A DNA stretch of 50,153 nt from a virus (lineage: Duplodnaviria > Caudoviricetes): positions 1-50,153 of IMG/VR virus record IMGVR_UViG_3300049454_000013. The stretch is one strand, 5' to 3'. Under the pieces are notes generated by a model. That model did no database searches. It saw only the letters and a list, made by a program, of their open reading frames with translations, and was not told the origin of the DNA. Positions 46,534-50,153 of the stretch are shown here, piece after piece. Positions within the stretch are counted from its first letter, which is position 1. Each line of letters opens with the position of its first letter. A program made the translations under genes and the position numbers.

Positions 46534-47436
46534 ATGGATAGAAAAAGGCTGCAGGAAATAGTTGAAACCCTGGGTTCATACAATTACGAAAATGAAGCGG
46601 GCTCCCTTACCAACTGCACACTGTATAAAGAACTTCAGCGTATGGCATGGCCCCAGTTGCCGGTAACATACCCTGAACAATTAAGTAAGCCGCTGGTATT
46701 TTTGGATATAGAAAGCACGGGAACAGATGTGCAGCAGGATAGAATTGTTGAAATATGCATCCTGAAGTACTACGGGGGCCCTAAATGGGAAGATCTCCAG
46801 GTAAGGCGGCTGAACCCTACAATTCCAATACCGAAGGCGGCAAGCGATGTACACGGCATTACGGATGCTATGGTAAAGGATTCACCCACATTCAGGCATA
46901 TAGCTAAAAGCCTGTTAGAAATAATTGCCGGTTGTGATATTGTGGGGTACAATAGCAATGCCTTTGATTGTGCGATAATGTTTTTTGAGTTTGAACGTGC
47001 GGGCCTGTATTGGGAATACGAAAATGTGAACCTGATTGATGTGGGGAACATTTTCAAAATACAGGAAGATAGAACCCTTTCCAGTGCCGTAAAGTTTTAC
47101 CTGGGCAATGTCCATGATCAGGCCCATACAGCCGGGGGCGATGTGATTGTAACGAAAGATATTTTCTTTCAGCAGCTTGCACGCTACACTGACATACCAA
47201 AGCATTACGCCGAACTTGCTCTATACAGTAACTATAACCGTAAGATCATTGACATTAGCGGTAAGTTTACATTCAATGCAGAAGGCGAAATAGTATTCAC
47301 CTTCGGGCAGCATAAGGATAAACCAGTAAGGGAGAATGTGAAGTACATGCAGTGGATGATTGACGGCGGTAGCTTTAATTCTGATACAAAAAAGGTTGCG
47401 GCAAAATTAATTTTTCAATATGGGTCAAAAAAGTAA
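46534..47436 (+). CDS. DnaQ-like DEDDh 3'-5' exonuclease with DUF3820-like C-terminus
   Basis: FLDIESTG, VHGIT, GYN...FD and AH.A..DV motifs; C-terminal FGQHK...Y..W. Confidence 0.9.
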   Translation: MDRKRLQEIVETLGSYNYENEAGSLTNCTLYKELQRMAWPQLPVTYPEQLSKPLVFLDIESTGTDVQQDRIVEICILKYYGGPKWEDLQVRRLNPTIPIPKAASDVHGITDAMVKDSPTFRHIAKSLLEIIAGCDIVGYNSNAFDCAIMFFEFERAGLYWEYENVNLIDVGNIFKIQEDRTLSSAVKFYLGNVHDQAHTAGGDVIVTKDIFFQQLARYTDIPKHYAELALYSNYNRKIIDISGKFTFNAEGEIVFTFGQHKDKPVRENVKYMQWMIDGGSFNSDTKKVAAKLIFQYGSKK

Positions 47437-47809
47437 AGCAAAAAAAGACTTAAAGCAACTGCACGAAATATTTACCAGCGCCCCACTTACAGAAAACATG
47501 TTGCCTATTTCATGGTTCAGATGGGAAAAGAGTGTAGGCCATGAAAAGGTATACAAGTTCATTTGCGGCACCGTAGATGGAATATTTACAGTTGAAAAGG
47601 AAAGGGTTGTAATGATAGGCATAGGCAACATGCAGCCCGGCAATGGGCATATAACCGATGTATTCCAGTGGTTCGAACGTGCATGTAGGGAGCTTAAAAA
47701 GAATTTCTGGATAGTGGAAATAATTAATGAAGGCTTCTACAGGCATTTGGTAGAGAAACATTGCTTTCAGATTGTTACAAACAAACAAGTTATAAAGCGC
47801 TTTCGTTAG
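47420..47809 (+). CDS. small GNAT-like protein
   Basis: I.N.QPGNGH resembles GNAT motif A. Confidence 0.4.
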   Translation: MGQKSKAKKDLKQLHEIFTSAPLTENMLPISWFRWEKSVGHEKVYKFICGTVDGIFTVEKERVVMIGIGNMQPGNGHITDVFQWFERACRELKKNFWIVEIINEGFYRHLVEKHCFQIVTNKQVIKRFR

Positions 47810-48066
47810 TGCAACTGGCAACATTATACAGGTTTCATTTACTGGGCCATGAAGATGCAAACAGAATGGAGCTTGTAAGTTATCAGGGGCTTTCCGGTAA
47901 CGGGCGCTGGTATAAGTTTATGAATGTTGATACAGGCGAAACCTTTTTAATTCGCAAAAGCGATTTCCCTTACCATAGTTTTGTAGCTTTCGGGGTGCAA
48001 TTCTCTTATTCATTTAAACAGATATCACATGCCACGACAAAACACAAAGCAGATAAAGAATGGTAA
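47809..48066 (+). CDS. hypothetical protein
   Basis: Fills the gap; start uncertain. Confidence 0.35.
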   Translation: MQLATLYRFHLLGHEDANRMELVSYQGLSGNGRWYKFMNVDTGETFLIRKSDFPYHSFVAFGVQFSYSFKQISHATTKHKADKEW

Positions 48067-48709
48067 GCCTGCTAAGAAAAAGAAGGTTACCAGGATTGAA
48101 CACTTAACATTTGATACAAAGAATGCCAATAAACATTCGGAGTATGGAACTTCATTATTGAATACTTCCATTCGTAATAATGGCATGGCCCGTTCAATTG
48201 TTATTTCTGATGACAATGTTATAATAGCAGGCAACGGCGTTGCTGAAACAGCGGGGCAACTGGGCATGATGAATGTGAAGGTGATTGAAACGGATGGTTC
48301 TGAAGTTATTGCAGTGAAGCGAACTGATATAAAAAGCGGCACTCCTGAATTTTTTAATTTGGCGCTTGCTGATAATATTGTAGCGCAAAAGAATATAGTA
48401 ATGGATGCCCAGGTAGTTGAGGCCATTGTTGAGGAATACGGCGCTACACAGTTTTGGGCTGAAGTAGTTTTAACGCCCATCATTCCTAAAGTGCTGGATA
48501 AAATTGATCTTCCCGATAATGCAAAGAATGATTTAGTGCAGGCAACGTTTACAATGACAGGGGCCCAGGCTGCAGTAATGCAAGAGGGTTTGAAGATCTC
48601 CAAACGAAAGTTTAAAAAGCAATTTGCCAGTACTGGAAATGAAAACAGTAATGGTAATGCACTGTTCTTTATATTTAAAGCTTTCGTAGATGCAAGCAAA
48701 GCAGAATGA
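48029..48709 (+). CDS. ParB-like N-terminal domain protein of a DNA-modification locus
   Basis: D.KNANKH...L..SI...G..RSIVI......IAGNG and LALADN motifs. Confidence 0.75.
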   Translation: MPRQNTKQIKNGKPAKKKKVTRIEHLTFDTKNANKHSEYGTSLLNTSIRNNGMARSIVISDDNVIIAGNGVAETAGQLGMMNVKVIETDGSEVIAVKRTDIKSGTPEFFNLALADNIVAQKNIVMDAQVVEAIVEEYGATQFWAEVVLTPIIPKVLDKIDLPDNAKNDLVQATFTMTGAQAAVMQEGLKISKRKFKKQFASTGNENSNGNALFFIFKAFVDASKAE

Positions 48710-49379
48710 TTTTTTATTAACAGATTTGGAAGTGTTTGCAATTGATCGCAAAAGCGCAAAGCTTCTTTGTGAAAGGCATCACTACATGAAAACTTATCCC
48801 AATGGTGCTATATGGAATTTCGGCATATATTATAAAAAGAAAATTGCAGGTGTATGTGTATTCGGTTACAGTTCAGCCACACTGCAGAAGGTTACAAAAA
48901 TAATAGCGCTGCCTTTACTGGCAATAATTGAAATGCAAAGGTTATGGATAAGTGACAGTTGCGGGCATAATTCAGAAAGCTATTGCCTGAAAAAAATAAT
49001 TGATTACATAAAGGAACAAACGACTGTTAAACTTATTATAACGCATTCGGGCGGTTGTAAAAATGACTGTGGTATTGTATATCAGTCTTCCTCCTGGTTA
49101 TACTTCGGTAAAACGCCCTGTAAAGATTTCTACCTTACTGCAGCAGGGGAATATAAAAACATTGTAGCATCGATGCGGTTTGGCAGGATAAAAGCGGAAG
49201 GCAGGAAACCCCAGGCAATAGGCGAAGCGCTATTCGGGCCTGGGCAAATAATAAATTCATTTAGGTATACATACGTGTACCCAATTGATAAAGGGTTGCG
49301 CCGGTTGCTTAGTAAAAAGGCATTAGCCTATGAAAAAACCAGTGAACACTTTAGGCGCGGGCAGGAATGGATAACATAG
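48690..49379 (+). CDS. Mom-like GNAT DNA-modification protein 1 (divergent)
   Basis: HHY, G...FG, EM.RLW, NSES, G.VYQ...W.Y.G and Y.Y motifs of Mom-like proteins; the usual SxAD is replaced by THSGG. Confidence 0.75.
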   Translation: MQAKQNDFLLTDLEVFAIDRKSAKLLCERHHYMKTYPNGAIWNFGIYYKKKIAGVCVFGYSSATLQKVTKIIALPLLAIIEMQRLWISDSCGHNSESYCLKKIIDYIKEQTTVKLIITHSGGCKNDCGIVYQSSSWLYFGKTPCKDFYLTAAGEYKNIVASMRFGRIKAEGRKPQAIGEALFGPGQIINSFRYTYVYPIDKGLRRLLSKKALAYEKTSEHFRRGQEWIT

Positions 49380-49427
49380 GGGCCTGACAACGGGGTCTGA
49401 AAAGCCGTTCGAGCCGGCAAGGCTCCA
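49379..49427 (+). ncRNA. anticodon-less tRNA-Ala-like mini RNA
   Basis: Acceptor GGGGCCT/AGGCTCC with G3:U70, discriminator A, T-arm GCCG-TTCGAGC-CGGC, tiny GAC-AACGGG-GTC hairpin, no anticodon arm. Confidence 0.7.
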
Positions 49428-49443
49428 CACAACTTAGTTTGCA

Positions 49444-50114
49444 ATGAACGTAAAGGATATTTTTATACAGCGTATTGATAGCGGTAGCGCTATTCAGTTT
49501 ATTAAGCGATACCATTATTCGGGCAAGGTAGTTTCCAATTCCTCCCTGCACTTTGGTTGCTTCATTGCGGAAAAGCTTATCGGAGTGTTGAGCTTCGGGC
49601 CTTCATTCGATAAGAAAAAAATAATAGGGTTGGTAAAGGGAACTGCCTGGAATGAATTCGTTGAATTAAATAGGATGGCTTTCATTAACGACACGCCCCG
49701 CAATACTGAAAGCCGCTGCATTGGGGTTTGCATCCGTTTAATAAAAAAGCACTGCCCGCACATTAAATGGATTGTAAGCTTCGCAGATGCCACACAGTGC
49801 GGGGATGGAACTGTATACAGGGCAGCAGGCTTCAAACTGTGTGGCATAAAGAAAAACCGTTCAATTATTCGCCTTCCTGATGGCAGGGTAGTAGCTGGTA
49901 TGACGTTCACGAAAGGGACGCATATTTAAAAACAGGGGCTTCTACATTCCCGGAAGGTTCGGAGATCTTACCAGGGTTTCAGCTACGGTATATTTATTTG
50001 CTGAAACCTAACCTGCAGCTAACCGTTGCTGTATTACCGTATAGTGAAATTGATAAGGTTGGAGCTGGCATGTATAAAGGAAAAGCTGTAAGTTTGAAGC
50101 AACGGCGCTCATAG
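49444..50114 (+). CDS. Mom-like GNAT DNA-modification protein 2, split by a -1 frameshift at ~49926
   Basis: HYS, G...FG, ELNRMAF, NTESR and SFADATQCGDGTVYRAAGF motifs. The -1 frame continues LKTGAS...GFQLRYIY...LPYSEID..GAGMYKG to TAG at 50112-50114 (223 aa if joined). Confidence 0.8.
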
Positions 50115-50153
50115 CTCAGTTGGTAGAGCATTGCTGTTCCACAGCAAGGGTCG
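50027..50153. repeat. second copy of the 127-bp terminal overlap
   Basis: Identical to 1-127. Confidence 0.95.

Noticed and set aside
49379-49427. tmRNA or a plain terminator
   Set aside because: There is no tag reading frame or pseudoknot region between the acceptor strands and no U-tract. The T-loop and G3:U70 favour a mini-tRNA.

Overview
This window is the complete, circularly permuted genome (50,026 bp plus a 127-bp assembly overlap) of a tailed dsDNA phage, most likely with a long non-contractile tail. The host is probably Bacteroidota, judged from TAnnTTTG-type promoters, A/C-rich leaders without Shine-Dalgarno sites, lipoproteins and a Bacteroidota-like DnaB. Almost all genes are on the + strand. 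Order: accessory genes, terminase, M15 endolysin, tail module, portal/head/capsid module, Stealth-like transferase, early genes (DUF932, ParB, XRE), recombination and replication genes (YqaJ, initiator, DnaB, RNase H, NinG, DnaQ-like), then a DNA-modification module. No integrase was recognised. The most striking feature is that last module, which spans the circular junction: a ParB-like gene followed by two tandem Mom-like GNAT genes, each overlapped at its stop codon by its own tRNA-type RNA. The first RNA is a ~50-nt anticodon-less mini-tRNA carrying the full alanine identity set (G3:U70, A73). The second is an atypical tRNA-Gly(UCC) with a bulged T-stem. This suggests an aminoacyl-tRNA-dependent DNA hypermodification system with dedicated amino-acid carriers, possibly adding alanine as well as glycine. 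Other unexplained structure: a genome-wide AAACTWAGTTT palindrome (15 exact copies found), covarying pseudoknots upstream of the capsid and tail-tube genes, a ~220-nt structured RNA next to two dsRBD-like paralogs, a kissing-loop leader upstream of the replication initiator, and a short promoter-terminator unit antisense to a shared gene leader. All family assignments come from motif recognition by eye; no searches were run.
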